Assembly: GCA_963716745.1 (NCBI GenBank)
Contig: OY970320.1
Location: 1,824,001-1,888,000, forward strand
Origin: an uncultured Gemmatimonadaceae bacterium
GTDB taxonomy: Bacteria > Gemmatimonadota > Gemmatimonadetes > Gemmatimonadales > Gemmatimonadaceae
Reading direction: 5' to 3'
Length of the DNA: 64,000 nt
The notes beneath the pieces are model-generated. The model saw only the letters and a list, made by a program, of their open reading frames with translations, was not told where the DNA came from and did no database searches. Below are positions 28,895 to 37,380 of this stretch, one piece after another. Numbering within the stretch: position 1 is the stretch's first letter; each line of letters opens with the position of its first letter. The position numbers were made by a program, and so were the translations under genes.

Positions 28895-29945
28895 ATGGGC
28901 GCTTACGGTGGGTTGATCTTCCTTGGCGCGGTCGCGCTGCTCGGGATCTGGCTGTTCCGCAGTTCGTTCAAGGTCATCGGCCAGGCCGAGGTGATGGTGA
29001 TCGAGCGGCTCGGACGCTTCAACCGCATCGCGCGCTCGGGGTTGAACATCCTCCTGCCCGATCATCGAGCAGCCGCGCTCGATCGACGTCCGGTACTACG
29101 AGAGCGACGTGAGCGGCATCAAGCGCATCACGGCCGCCTCCACCGTGCGCATCGACCTGCGCGAGCAGGTGCTCAACTTCCCGAGCCAGCCGGTGATCAC
29201 GAAGGACAACGTGACCATCGACATCGACGCCGTCCTCTACTACCGCGTCGCCGATCCGCAGAAGGCGACCTACGCCGTGCAGAACCTCCCGTTCGCGCTC
29301 GAGACGCTCACGCGCACCACGCTCCGGAACATCGTCGGCGAGATGGAGCTCGACTCCACGCTCGCGAGCCGCGACCAGATCAACAAGCGGATGCGCGAGA
29401 TCATCGAAGAAGCCTCGATCGGCTGGGGCGTGGATGTCACGCGCGTCGAGCTGCAGGCGATCGAACCGCCGCGCGACATCCAGCAGTCCATGGAACTGCA
29501 GATGCGCGCCGAGCGCGAGCGCCGCGCCGCGGTCACGAACGCGGAGGCCAGCAAGCGCGCCGCGATCCTCGAGGCGGAGGGCGTGCAGCAGTCGCAGGTG
29601 AGCCGCGCGCAGGGCGAGAAGGAGGCCGCGGTGCTGCGCGCGAGAGGCCAGGCCGAGGCGCGCCTTCAGCTCGCGACGGCCGAAGCCGAGGCGATCCGCA
29701 AGATCGCCGGTGCACTGCCGCCCGCCGACGCCGCGATGTACCTGCTGGGCGTGAAATACCTCGAGGCGCTGCCGCTGCTCACCCAGGGCAAAGGCACGAC
29801 GGTCTTTCTGCCGATCGAAGCGTCTGGCGTTATGGGCGCGATCGGCGGCATCAAGGAACTGCTCGCACGTTCGGCCGGCGTTAGCGGAACAGAGGCGCCC
29901 GATGCACCGAAACAGATCCCGCCGGCGACACCGGCCAAGGGCTGA
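28895..29945 (+). CDS. SPFH/band-7 (stomatin-like) protein; frameshift near 29058
   Basis: N-terminal TM plus VIERLGRF in one frame; IDLREQV..QPVITKDNVTIDID..TTLRNIVG..QMRAERERRA in the next. Confidence 0.88.
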
Positions 29946-29947
29946 TC

Positions 29948-30169
29948 TTGGGGCAGATCTCGTTCGCGCGCGCGGAGCGAGTGGCCAAGGGCCACGCGTG
30001 CGAGAATTGCGGTGAGTACAGCTATAAGAAACTCATCGTGAAACCCGCCACGCTGTCGCAGACCAAGGCGACCGGCGAGGCGTGGCATGCGCTGAAGATC
30101 TGCGGGATCTGCGGACTCGAGTGCGAAATGGGGATCGACGATGAGGGCGAGATCGTCTCGCTGAGTTGA
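29948..30169 (+). CDS. Small zinc-ribbon protein
   Basis: CENC and CGIC pairs; fits tightly in operon. Confidence 0.7.
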   Translation: MGQISFARAERVAKGHACENCGEYSYKKLIVKPATLSQTKATGEAWHALKICGICGLECEMGIDDEGEIVSLS

Positions 30170-30173
30170 TATC

Positions 30174-31188
30174 GTGAACACCATCGACTTGCGCAGCCTG
30201 GACGTCGGCGCCCGCGTGCAGCACACGCTGCGCGTGGTCGAGCGCGCGGAGAAGACGACCGCGGGCGGCGACCCGTTCATCATCCTCACGCTCGGCAACG
30301 CGAGCGGCGACATCGACACCGCGCCGATCTGGAAGAATCTGCTCGAGGAAGGCTGGGCCGACGGCGCCGTGCGCGGCGCCGCCGTGCAGGCGATCGGTCA
30401 GGTCGATCGGTACGAGGCGCGTGGCAACGCCAAGCGGCAGCTCAAGCTCACGGCGCCGGTGCGCGTCCTCCCGCGCGAGGGGCTCGACCTCGCGCAATTC
30501 CTGCCGCACATCGCCGAGGACCCGCAGAAGTTGTGGGAGAAGATGGACGAGATGCGGCGCGGCATGTCCTCGCAGCAGCTGAAGCGCGTGCTCGGGCTGT
30601 TCTATGACGAAGATGCATTCCGCCTGCGCTTCGAGCGCGCACCCGCGTCCGTGGGCGGCCATCACAGCAAGGTGGGCGGTCTTCTGTTGCACGTGTGGGA
30701 GGTCGCCTACATCGCGCGCGGGATGGCGAAGGCGATGCGCGCGCGCGAGGATGTCGTGCTCGCCGGCGTACTCTTGCACGACATCGGGAAGATCGAAGCG
30801 TACGGCATCGGTTGGGAGGGCTTCACGCGAACGAGCGCCGGCCATCTCATCGAGCACGTGATCCTGGGATCGATGATGCTCGATGAGCGGCTCGCGCTCG
30901 CGGCGGCCGGCGGTGCGCCCGATGATCTCCGCCGATCAGCGACTCGAGCTGCAGCACATCATCCTCTCGCATCATGGCAAGCTCGAGAACGGGAGCCCGG
31001 TGCGGCCGCTCACGATCGAGGCTGAGATCGTGCATCGCGCGGATGATGCGTCGGCGAAATCGGCCGACATGGCGGACGGCGCGGCCGACGAAGAAGCATT
31101 CCGCTCCGGCGAGCAGTTCGGCGACAAGAGCAAGTTGTGGCGAGTGGATCGCCGCAGTCTCTGGCGTCCGCCGCACCGCTGGGAGTAG
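30174..31188 (+). CDS. yhaM: OB-fold + HD 3'-5' exoribonuclease YhaM-like; frameshift near 30919
   Basis: APASVGGHHSKVGGLLLH, LLHDIGK, LIEHV; then HIILSHHG..GSPVRP..EAEIVHRAD in shifted frame. Confidence 0.8.
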
Positions 31189-31203
31189 TGCGAGCGGCGC
31201 GCC

Positions 31204-31229
31204 GGAACCAACGGCGCGCGCCGCGGTAT
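31204..31229 (+). promoter_or_regulatory. Putative ECF sigma promoter
   Basis: GGAAC-N17-GTAT. Confidence 0.45.
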
Positions 31230-31394
31230 TACCAGATCACAGGGTGAGTTAGGGCGATTTCGGCCCGCACAACATTTCGACCCCCTGATGGGTTATCTTT
31301 CGTGCCGGCAAGGGTATGAACGTCCGTTCATTCAGTTGCCTGGATCGGCCTCCCACTGTTCGGGGAGCAGCCGGAGAGAGACTTGGAGGAGAAG

Positions 31395-31604
31395 ATGCGC
31401 AAACCCCGCCCCGCCACTTATAACCCTGCCCAGGCGCTGCAGCTCATCGCGAGCGACCGGACCGGCGCGCCTTTGAGCTGCCCATCCTGCTCCGGCGCGA
31501 TCACGCGCGACCCGATGAAGAAGCCGCCGCCGCCGCGCTCGCACGTCACGCTGCAGTGCGCGCAGTGCGGCCGCGTCGCCCGCTACATCGCCGGCGCCGC
31601 CTGA
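31395..31604 (+). CDS. Small zinc-ribbon protein
   Basis: GGAGG RBS; CPSC and CAQC pairs. Confidence 0.65.
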   Translation: MRKPRPATYNPAQALQLIASDRTGAPLSCPSCSGAITRDPMKKPPPPRSHVTLQCAQCGRVARYIAGAA

Positions 31605-31788
31605 CTCACGGGGGCCGGGATCTCCCGGCCAGCAAGGGTCGGGCCAATACACATTCGGCGTGCACTCGATTAGATTAGAAAGACGTTCGTGGACACCGCC
31701 GCGTCGCGCCGGAGATTTCGCTCCGTCGGTCCGGAACTGGGGTCAGGCATTTACGCCAGCAATAACCAATCTTAGAAAGGAAAGCACC

Positions 31789-31995
31789 ATGTCTCGCATC
31801 ACCGGCACCGTGAAGTGGTTCAACGACGCGAAGGGCTTCGGCTTCATCTCGCACGAGGGCGGCCCCGATGTGTTCGTGCACTTCAGCGCGATCAGTGGCA
31901 GCGGCTTCAAGTCGCTCGCCGAGGGCGACAAGGTCGAATTCGAGATCGTTCAGGGGCAGAAGGGTCCACAGGCCGCTGACGTTCAGAAGGTCTAA
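31789..31995 (+). CDS. Cold-shock protein
   Basis: [24 protein letters not shown]. Confidence 0.97.
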   Translation: MSRITGTVKWFNDAKGFGFISHEGGPDVFVHFSAISGSGFKSLAEGDKVEFEIVQGQKGPQAADVQKV

Positions 31996-32017
31996 GTCGA
32001 TCGAGCAGTGTTGAACG

Positions 32018-32050
32018 AACGGGCCCCGGCGACATGCCGGGGCCCGTTTT
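32018..32050 (+). terminator. Rho-independent terminator
   Basis: AACGGGCCCCGGC-gacat-GCCGGGGCCCGTTTT. Confidence 0.85.
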
Positions 32051-32072
32051 ACATCGGCGTGCAACACGATGC

Positions 32073-32097
32073 GGAACTTCCCGAAGAAGGGCCGTAT
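32073..32097 (+). promoter_or_regulatory. Putative ECF sigma promoter
   Basis: GGAAC-N16-GTAT upstream of NlpC/P60 gene. Confidence 0.5.
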
Positions 32098-32150
32098 AAC
32101 AAGTGTGGATAAGGCCTAACCATCGCTCACCTGAGTCGTCAATATTCTGT

Positions 32151-32759
32151 ATGATGCGAAGTCCATTGGCGCACCAGGTCTGGATGACCGGGGCGGTGTT
32201 CTTCATCGCTACCGCCCACGCGACCGCTCAATCCGAGGTCGCGGCGCCTAAGCACATCCAGGTCCGCGGCGTGGTGGATGGCGCCACGTTCGTCGAGACC
32301 GCCCGGAAATATGTTGGCGTGCGCTACGTGCTCGGCGGCTCGACGCCGCGGGCCTTCGATTGCTCCGGATTCGTGCGCTACGTGTTCATGGTGCACGGCT
32401 TCGAGGTGCCGCGCACCGCGCACGAGCAGAGCGGGCTCGGCCGCCGCCCGGAACCCGGCGATCTGCAGCCCGGCGACCTGCTGTTCTTCTACGGCGGCGA
32501 AGGCGCCCAGCACATCGCGATCTACGTCGGGCGCGACAGCATCATCCACGCGTCGAGCACCGGCGGCCACGTGAAGATCGACAAGCTGGCCGGCACGGGC
32601 ACGCACCGGACGTGGTTCGGCCAGCGCCTCATCGCGGTGCGGCGCGTGCTGCCCGCGGAGGGCGTGTTCCAACTGCCCGGTTCGTTGGCGGCGACGTCGT
32701 GGGCCGCGAACAGCTTCGCCGATCCGTTCGCCGACAACGGGGAGCCGCCGCTCTTCTGA
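32151..32759 (+). CDS. NlpC/P60 (C40) peptidoglycan endopeptidase
   Basis: YVLGG..FDCSGFV, LQPGDLLFF, HIAIYVG, IIHAS. Confidence 0.92.
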   Translation: MMRSPLAHQVWMTGAVFFIATAHATAQSEVAAPKHIQVRGVVDGATFVETARKYVGVRYVLGGSTPRAFDCSGFVRYVFMVHGFEVPRTAHEQSGLGRRPEPGDLQPGDLLFFYGGEGAQHIAIYVGRDSIIHASSTGGHVKIDKLAGTGTHRTWFGQRLIAVRRVLPAEGVFQLPGSLAATSWAANSFADPFADNGEPPLF

Positions 32760-32811
32760 TGGCGCCTCCCATCGTGGTGCGCGCGTGACGCTATGGACAT
32801 CGTCGTTCCAA

Positions 32812-33096
32812 ATGCCGATGGACGATTTCGTGCTGCTCTATAGCCGCGAGCTTCCCGGCGGCGGGGTCGTCACGATCGAGGCGTTGCCGGAAGGCAGCCC
32901 GAGCGTGCAGGCGCGCGTCTCCGTGGAGCGGCGCACCGATCCGAAGCGCCGCGAAGGACATGTCCCGCCGGTGATCGCGGAAGCGCGCGCGTCGACGCAG
33001 GCGTCGGCGTTCAAGGAATTGTATGGGATCGCGGCGGACAACGTCGCGGTCGCGCGCGGCATCATCCAGTGGCAGGCGAGGCGCCGCTCAGACTGA
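32812..33096 (+). CDS. Hypothetical protein
   Basis: LYSRELPGGGVV..VERRTDP..PPVIAE; coding-like, no family recognised. Confidence 0.6.
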   Translation: MPMDDFVLLYSRELPGGGVVTIEALPEGSPSVQARVSVERRTDPKRREGHVPPVIAEARASTQASAFKELYGIAADNVAVARGIIQWQARRRSD

Positions 33097-33402
33097 TCGG
33101 GCGCGCCGGATCGTCCGCATCGGGTTGGGCTCGACCGCCTCGCGCAACGCTTCTTCGCCCACCGTCTTCAGCGAACGCGCACCCGAAAGCGCCACGCGCA
33201 CCGAGCGCCGCGGCATCGTCAGACACTCCAGCTGCAGTACCAGCCGCGCGTGTTCCTGGCCGGCCACGACATCTTCGGAGATGAGCCGGGCGACGACGGT
33301 GGCGCGCCAGCGCACGCCGCTCGCGAGTCGCACGATCCGCGACTCGGCGCCCGTTCCTGGCTCTCCCTGCGGCTCCACCCGCGCCCTGTGTCCAGCGCCC
33401 AC
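33088..33402 (-). CDS. Hypothetical protein (start uncertain)
   Basis: Fills gap, protein-like composition, AT-rich promoter region upstream. Confidence 0.45.
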   Translation of the reverse strand: MGAGHRARVEPQGEPGTGAESRIVRLASGVRWRATVVARLISEDVVAGQEHARLVLQLECLTMPRRSVRVALSGARSLKTVGEEALREAVEPNPMRTIRRARSV

Positions 33403-33481
33403 GGCATGCTCCGCTGAATATACCTTATATACATATTGCAACTAAAAAAAGTTCCAAGCAAGGCCGGCCGTGCCGCGTTGC

Positions 33482-34189
33482 TTAGCCGTTACCCAGGCCG
33501 TCGAAGCGCACGCCGCGGCGCCCGCCCCGGCGCTTGCGCGGCGAATAGCGGAATAGCTGCGCGGGCCGCCCCCGCCCTTCGCTCCGCCATTCGTCGGTGG
33601 GCTCCACCAGCCAGGCCGCGTGCAATGCGCGGCGGAAACTCGCCTTGTGCACGCGCCGCCCGATCAGCAGCTCGTACACTTCCTGCAGTTGGCTCAGCGT
33701 GAACGTGGGCGGCAGCAGCGAGAACGCGATCGGCGAGTGCTCGAGCCGGGCGCGCACCGCCAGGAGCGCCGCATCGACCATCGCGCGGTGCCGCGGCGGG
33801 ACGGGCGGCAGCTCATCCACCGGGAACCACGCCGTATCGCCGCCCACCGGGCCGGGGGCGCCGCCCGGCACGAGTCCGAGGAATGCCACGGAGACATCGG
33901 CGCCCCCCGGATGCCGCCGCCGGTCGCCGAACGCCGCGACCTGGTCCAACTGCACCTGCGATGACCCGAGCGCCGCGCGCGCCACTCTCGCGGCCGCGTC
34001 CTCCAACGCCTCGTCACCGCGCACACCATCCCACGGCAACTCCCACCGCTCCTTGTTCCGCGATTCGGCGGCGCGCGCCAGGAGCATCATGAGTCCGCGC
34101 CCTTGGGCGGCGAGCAGCACGACGTCGATCGTGAGCGCGGCGCGGCGCGCGGTGGGACGTGTGGCGGGAGGAGCGGAGCGTTCGGGCAT
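33482..34189 (-). CDS. nrtR: NrtR-family regulator (degenerate Nudix + winged HTH)
   Basis: LTIDVVL, degenerate Nudix box, FGDRRRHP, FTLSQLQEVYE, KASFRR, GRGRPAQLF. Confidence 0.8.
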   Translation of the reverse strand: MPERSAPPATRPTARRAALTIDVVLLAAQGRGLMMLLARAAESRNKERWELPWDGVRGDEALEDAAARVARAALGSSQVQLDQVAAFGDRRRHPGGADVSVAFLGLVPGGAPGPVGGDTAWFPVDELPPVPPRHRAMVDAALLAVRARLEHSPIAFSLLPPTFTLSQLQEVYELLIGRRVHKASFRRALHAAWLVEPTDEWRSEGRGRPAQLFRYSPRKRRGGRRGVRFDGLGNG

Positions 34190-34198
34190 CGGCGCCTA

Positions 34199-34226
34199 AT
34201 TAGTCGCTTCATGCGACTAATGTCAA
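34199..34226 (-). promoter_or_regulatory. Palindromic operator overlapping nrtR promoter
   Basis: ATTAGTCGC-N5-GCGACTAAT at 34199-34221; minus-strand TTGACA at 34221-34226. Confidence 0.7.
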
Positions 34227-34331
34227 GGGCTCGCCACGAATTAGTAACAAAAAATTTCTTAATCACTGCGCGTGCCGCTCTACGCGAGGATAGCGCCGCC
34301 CGCGCCGCGAGTCAACAGCGTGCGCGACCGG

Positions 34332-36176
34332 TTACTTCGGGAGTCCGTTCGGTCCGAGCGCCAGCGGAGCGAGATCGAGCCCCGCGCCCAGCGCCGCGTA
34401 CGGTGGGATCGGGATCGGGAGCCGGCCGCTCACGCGCGCCGAGCCCAACACGGCGCGCGCCGCGGCGAACTGCGATTGCGGGAATCCCGCCCACCCCACG
34501 ATGTACGCGGGAACATCCGGGATCTGCTGCAGGAGATACGGATTCCCCATTGCGACGACGATCGGATGCCGTCCGCGCTTCACCAGCTCCTCGACGAATT
34601 GCGCGAACTGCGGCGGCACGTTCAGCGTCGTCGCCAGATAATTCTGCGCGATGTACGATCCGATCACGATCACGTCCGCCGAATCGCTCAGCGAGAGCAG
34701 CCGCGCGTAGTTCGGCGCCGCGTCATCCGCATCCGCGTACTCCGACCGCAGGCCGCCGAACCATCGCTTCAGCTCCGCGTCGAATGTCACGCCGGCCGCC
34801 AGGTCGGGCCGGTGCGCGAACGTGATCGACAGCACACGCGTCGTGCGCGGAAGCTTCGCCAGCGGCAGCTGGTGGGCGGAGTCGCGCACGACGGTGATCG
34901 AGCGCTCGGCGATCCGCCGCGCCACCCACTCGTGCGCGGAATCTCCCACGATCGTGCGGACGCTGTCCGCATCCACCAGCCGCCGGCGGCGCAGTCCCAC
35001 CGCGAGCTTGGCGCGCAGGATGCGCCGCACCGACGAATCCAGGCGTGCTTCGCTGTAGCGGCCGAGCACCACGCCCGCCGTCACCGCATCGATCGCCGAC
35101 GTCGCGTCCACCGGCTGCAGCAGCACGTCGGCGCCGGCGGACACGGCACGCATGGTCGCCTCGGCGCTACCATACGTCACGACCACCGCGTTCATGTCCA
35201 TCGCATCGGTGATCACGAGCCCATGGAATCGCAACGTGTCGCGCAGCAGCGTCGTGAGCACCTCGCGTGACAGAGTGCCCGGCACGCCGCTCGAATCGAG
35301 AGCCGGCATCGAGCCGTGGAACGTCATGATGCCCGCGACGCCACCCGCGATCGCCGCACGGAACGGCACCAATTCCACGCTGTCGAGGCGCGCACGGGAT
35401 GCATTCACCACCGGCAGCGCGAGATGGGAATTGATCCCCGTATCGCCGTGGCCGGGAAAGTGCTTTCCCGTCGCGATCATGCCGCCATTCTGCACGCCGC
35501 GGATGTACGCCGCTCCCAGCCGCGCCACCGCCGCCGGATCCGCGCCGAACGAGCGCACGCTGATCACCGGGTTCGCCGGATTGTTGTTCACGTCCAGCAC
35601 CGGCGCGAAGTTCATCTGTACGCCGAGCGCGCGGCCTTCGCGGGCGGTCACCCAGCCATCGAGGTAGGCCAGCGCCGTGTCGCCGGTGGCGCCGAGCGCC
35701 ATGGAGGGCGGGAAATTCACCGCGCCCCCGAGATCGATCGCGTTCGGCAGGAAATATCCGCCGCGCACGCGGAATCCTGCGCCGGTCTCGAAGTCGGCGC
35801 TCACCATCAGCGGCAGATCGCTCAACGCCTGCAGATCGTTCACTTTCGAGACGAACTCGAGCGGTGACCCGACCGACATGATGATCCCGCCCACCTCGTC
35901 GCGCGTGACGTAGCGCGTGAGCTTGCGCCACGCCGGCATGTCGCGCGCGATGTAGTCGGCGTAGGAATTGGGCCATACCATCTGCGCGGCCTTCTGTCGC
36001 ATCGACAGGTGCTCGATCACGCAGTTCACCCAGTCGGCGTCCGCCGCCTGAGCGCATGCGCCCCACGCGGTCTCGCGCTCCAGCGCGACCGGGATCGGCG
36101 CCGCCTGCTTCGGCGTTGCGCAGGCGACGAGCGCGCTCGCGACGAACGTTCGCAACAGCCAGCGTCGCAGGATCAC
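34332..36176 (-). CDS. GH3 beta-N-acetylhexosaminidase, lipoprotein
   Basis: NFAPVLDVNNNP, VRSFG, KHFPGHGDT..SH, ITDAMDM; LVAC lipobox. Confidence 0.92.
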   Translation of the reverse strand: MILRRWLLRTFVASALVACATPKQAAPIPVALERETAWGACAQAADADWVNCVIEHLSMRQKAAQMVWPNSYADYIARDMPAWRKLTRYVTRDEVGGIIMSVGSPLEFVSKVNDLQALSDLPLMVSADFETGAGFRVRGGYFLPNAIDLGGAVNFPPSMALGATGDTALAYLDGWVTAREGRALGVQMNFAPVLDVNNNPANPVISVRSFGADPAAVARLGAAYIRGVQNGGMIATGKHFPGHGDTGINSHLALPVVNASRARLDSVELVPFRAAIAGGVAGIMTFHGSMPALDSSGVPGTLSREVLTTLLRDTLRFHGLVITDAMDMNAVVVTYGSAEATMRAVSAGADVLLQPVDATSAIDAVTAGVVLGRYSEARLDSSVRRILRAKLAVGLRRRRLVDADSVRTIVGDSAHEWVARRIAERSITVVRDSAHQLPLAKLPRTTRVLSITFAHRPDLAAGVTFDAELKRWFGGLRSEYADADDAAPNYARLLSLSDSADVIVIGSYIAQNYLATTLNVPPQFAQFVEELVKRGRHPIVVAMGNPYLLQQIPDVPAYIVGWAGFPQSQFAAARAVLGSARVSGRLPIPIPPYAALGAGLDLAPLALGPNGLPK

Positions 36177-36448
36177 CAGTTGATGCTTCCTTCTTTGCTG
36201 GTGTCCACCTGTTCCTCTTTACCGGTCTTGAAGAGGAACGCTTCCATGCTGCGCGTGAGGAATGCGCGAGCCTGCGGGTCCATCAGGTTCAGGCCGTGAT
36301 GGTTGATCAGCATCTTCTGCTGCTGCAGCCACTGGGCCCAGCACTCGGCGCAGATCTCCGTGAGCGCGCGCGCCCCGATCGCTCCGGGGAACGGCTGGCG
36401 CTCCAATCCCGCGCGTGTCTTCCCGCAGCGGGTGCAGGTCACTTCCAT
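36173..36448 (-). CDS. yggX: Fe(II)-trafficking / oxidative damage protection protein
   Basis: PFPGAIG..ICAECWAQWL..QKMLINH..LNL.DPQARAFL. Confidence 0.85.
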   Translation of the reverse strand: MEVTCTRCGKTRAGLERQPFPGAIGARALTEICAECWAQWLQQQKMLINHHGLNLMDPQARAFLTRSMEAFLFKTGKEEQVDTSKEGSINW

Positions 36449-36493
36449 GAGAGGATCTCCCGGCGCGGCGGCGCGAAGCGCGCCGCCTTCAAC

Positions 36494-37243
36494 TCACGCC
36501 CGCGCGTAGCGGACCTTGGCCAATCCGAACAGCTGCATCACCCGGATGTAGGCCCAGCCAATGTCGAACTCGTACCATTTTGCCTGGAACTTCGCGGAGT
36601 GCGGATCGGCGTGGTGATTGTTGTGCAGCTCCTCGCCGCCCAGCCAGATGGCGATGGGCAGGATGTTCCTGCTCTCGTCCTTCACATCGTAATTGCGATA
36701 GCCTAGCGCGTGGCCGACGCCGTTGATGATCCCCGCAGCCCAGAACGGGATCCAGAGCATCTGCGCGGCCCACACGAGCGGACCGGCGTAGAATCCGAAG
36801 AGATATATGTCGATCAGCAGCATCAGGATGATGCCGATCCAAGGCCGCTTCGACAGTACGTAGCGCTCGAGCCAGTCGCTCGGCGTTCCCTTGCCGTACT
36901 TCTCGAGGATCTCGGGGACGCGGACCGTATTCCGGTAGTAGAAGGCGCCCTTCAGGATGATGTTCCGGAGCCCTTCGAGCACGGGGCTGTGCGGATCGCC
37001 ATCGCGGTCGGCGAAGGCATGATGCTTCCGGTGCACCGCCACCCATTCCTTGGTGACGATCGAGGTCGAGAGCCACAGCCAGAAGCGCATCGGCACTTCG
37101 ACGATCTTGCTGAACGTCACGCCCCGGTGCGTTTGCGCCCGGTGCAGGAACAACGTGACACAGACATTGGTCAAATGGCCGGCGATCACTACGAAGAGGA
37201 TCGGCATCCACCAGTGCGCGGCCCAGCTTCCGAAATGCGGCAT
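36494..37243 (-). CDS. Delta-9-type membrane fatty acid desaturase
   Basis: His boxes LHRAQTH, HRKHH, LHNNHH. Confidence 0.92.
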   Translation of the reverse strand: MPHFGSWAAHWWMPILFVVIAGHLTNVCVTLFLHRAQTHRGVTFSKIVEVPMRFWLWLSTSIVTKEWVAVHRKHHAFADRDGDPHSPVLEGLRNIILKGAFYYRNTVRVPEILEKYGKGTPSDWLERYVLSKRPWIGIILMLLIDIYLFGFYAGPLVWAAQMLWIPFWAAGIINGVGHALGYRNYDVKDESRNILPIAIWLGGEELHNNHHADPHSAKFQAKWYEFDIGWAYIRVMQLFGLAKVRYARA

Positions 37244-37380
37244 CGGGACCTTCCTTCGGCGATAATGAGCGGGCGTACCAGAGGGGCGCGCCCGCACGGT
37301 GGTCCGGACGCCTGTTCAGCGGCCTGGACTACCGATTCGTAATCTAACTCCGGAGGGGCCTTACGCCAACGACCGGGCGG

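Noticed and set aside
28895..31188. Programmed frameshifting in SPFH/yhaM
   Set aside because: No slippery heptamer or stimulator; same +1 pattern as in essential-type genes such as argG, so a sequencing artefact is more likely
32104..32112. Perfect DnaA box (TGTGGATAA)
   Set aside because: Single box, with no cluster, DUE or dnaA/dnaN nearby; insufficient for oriC
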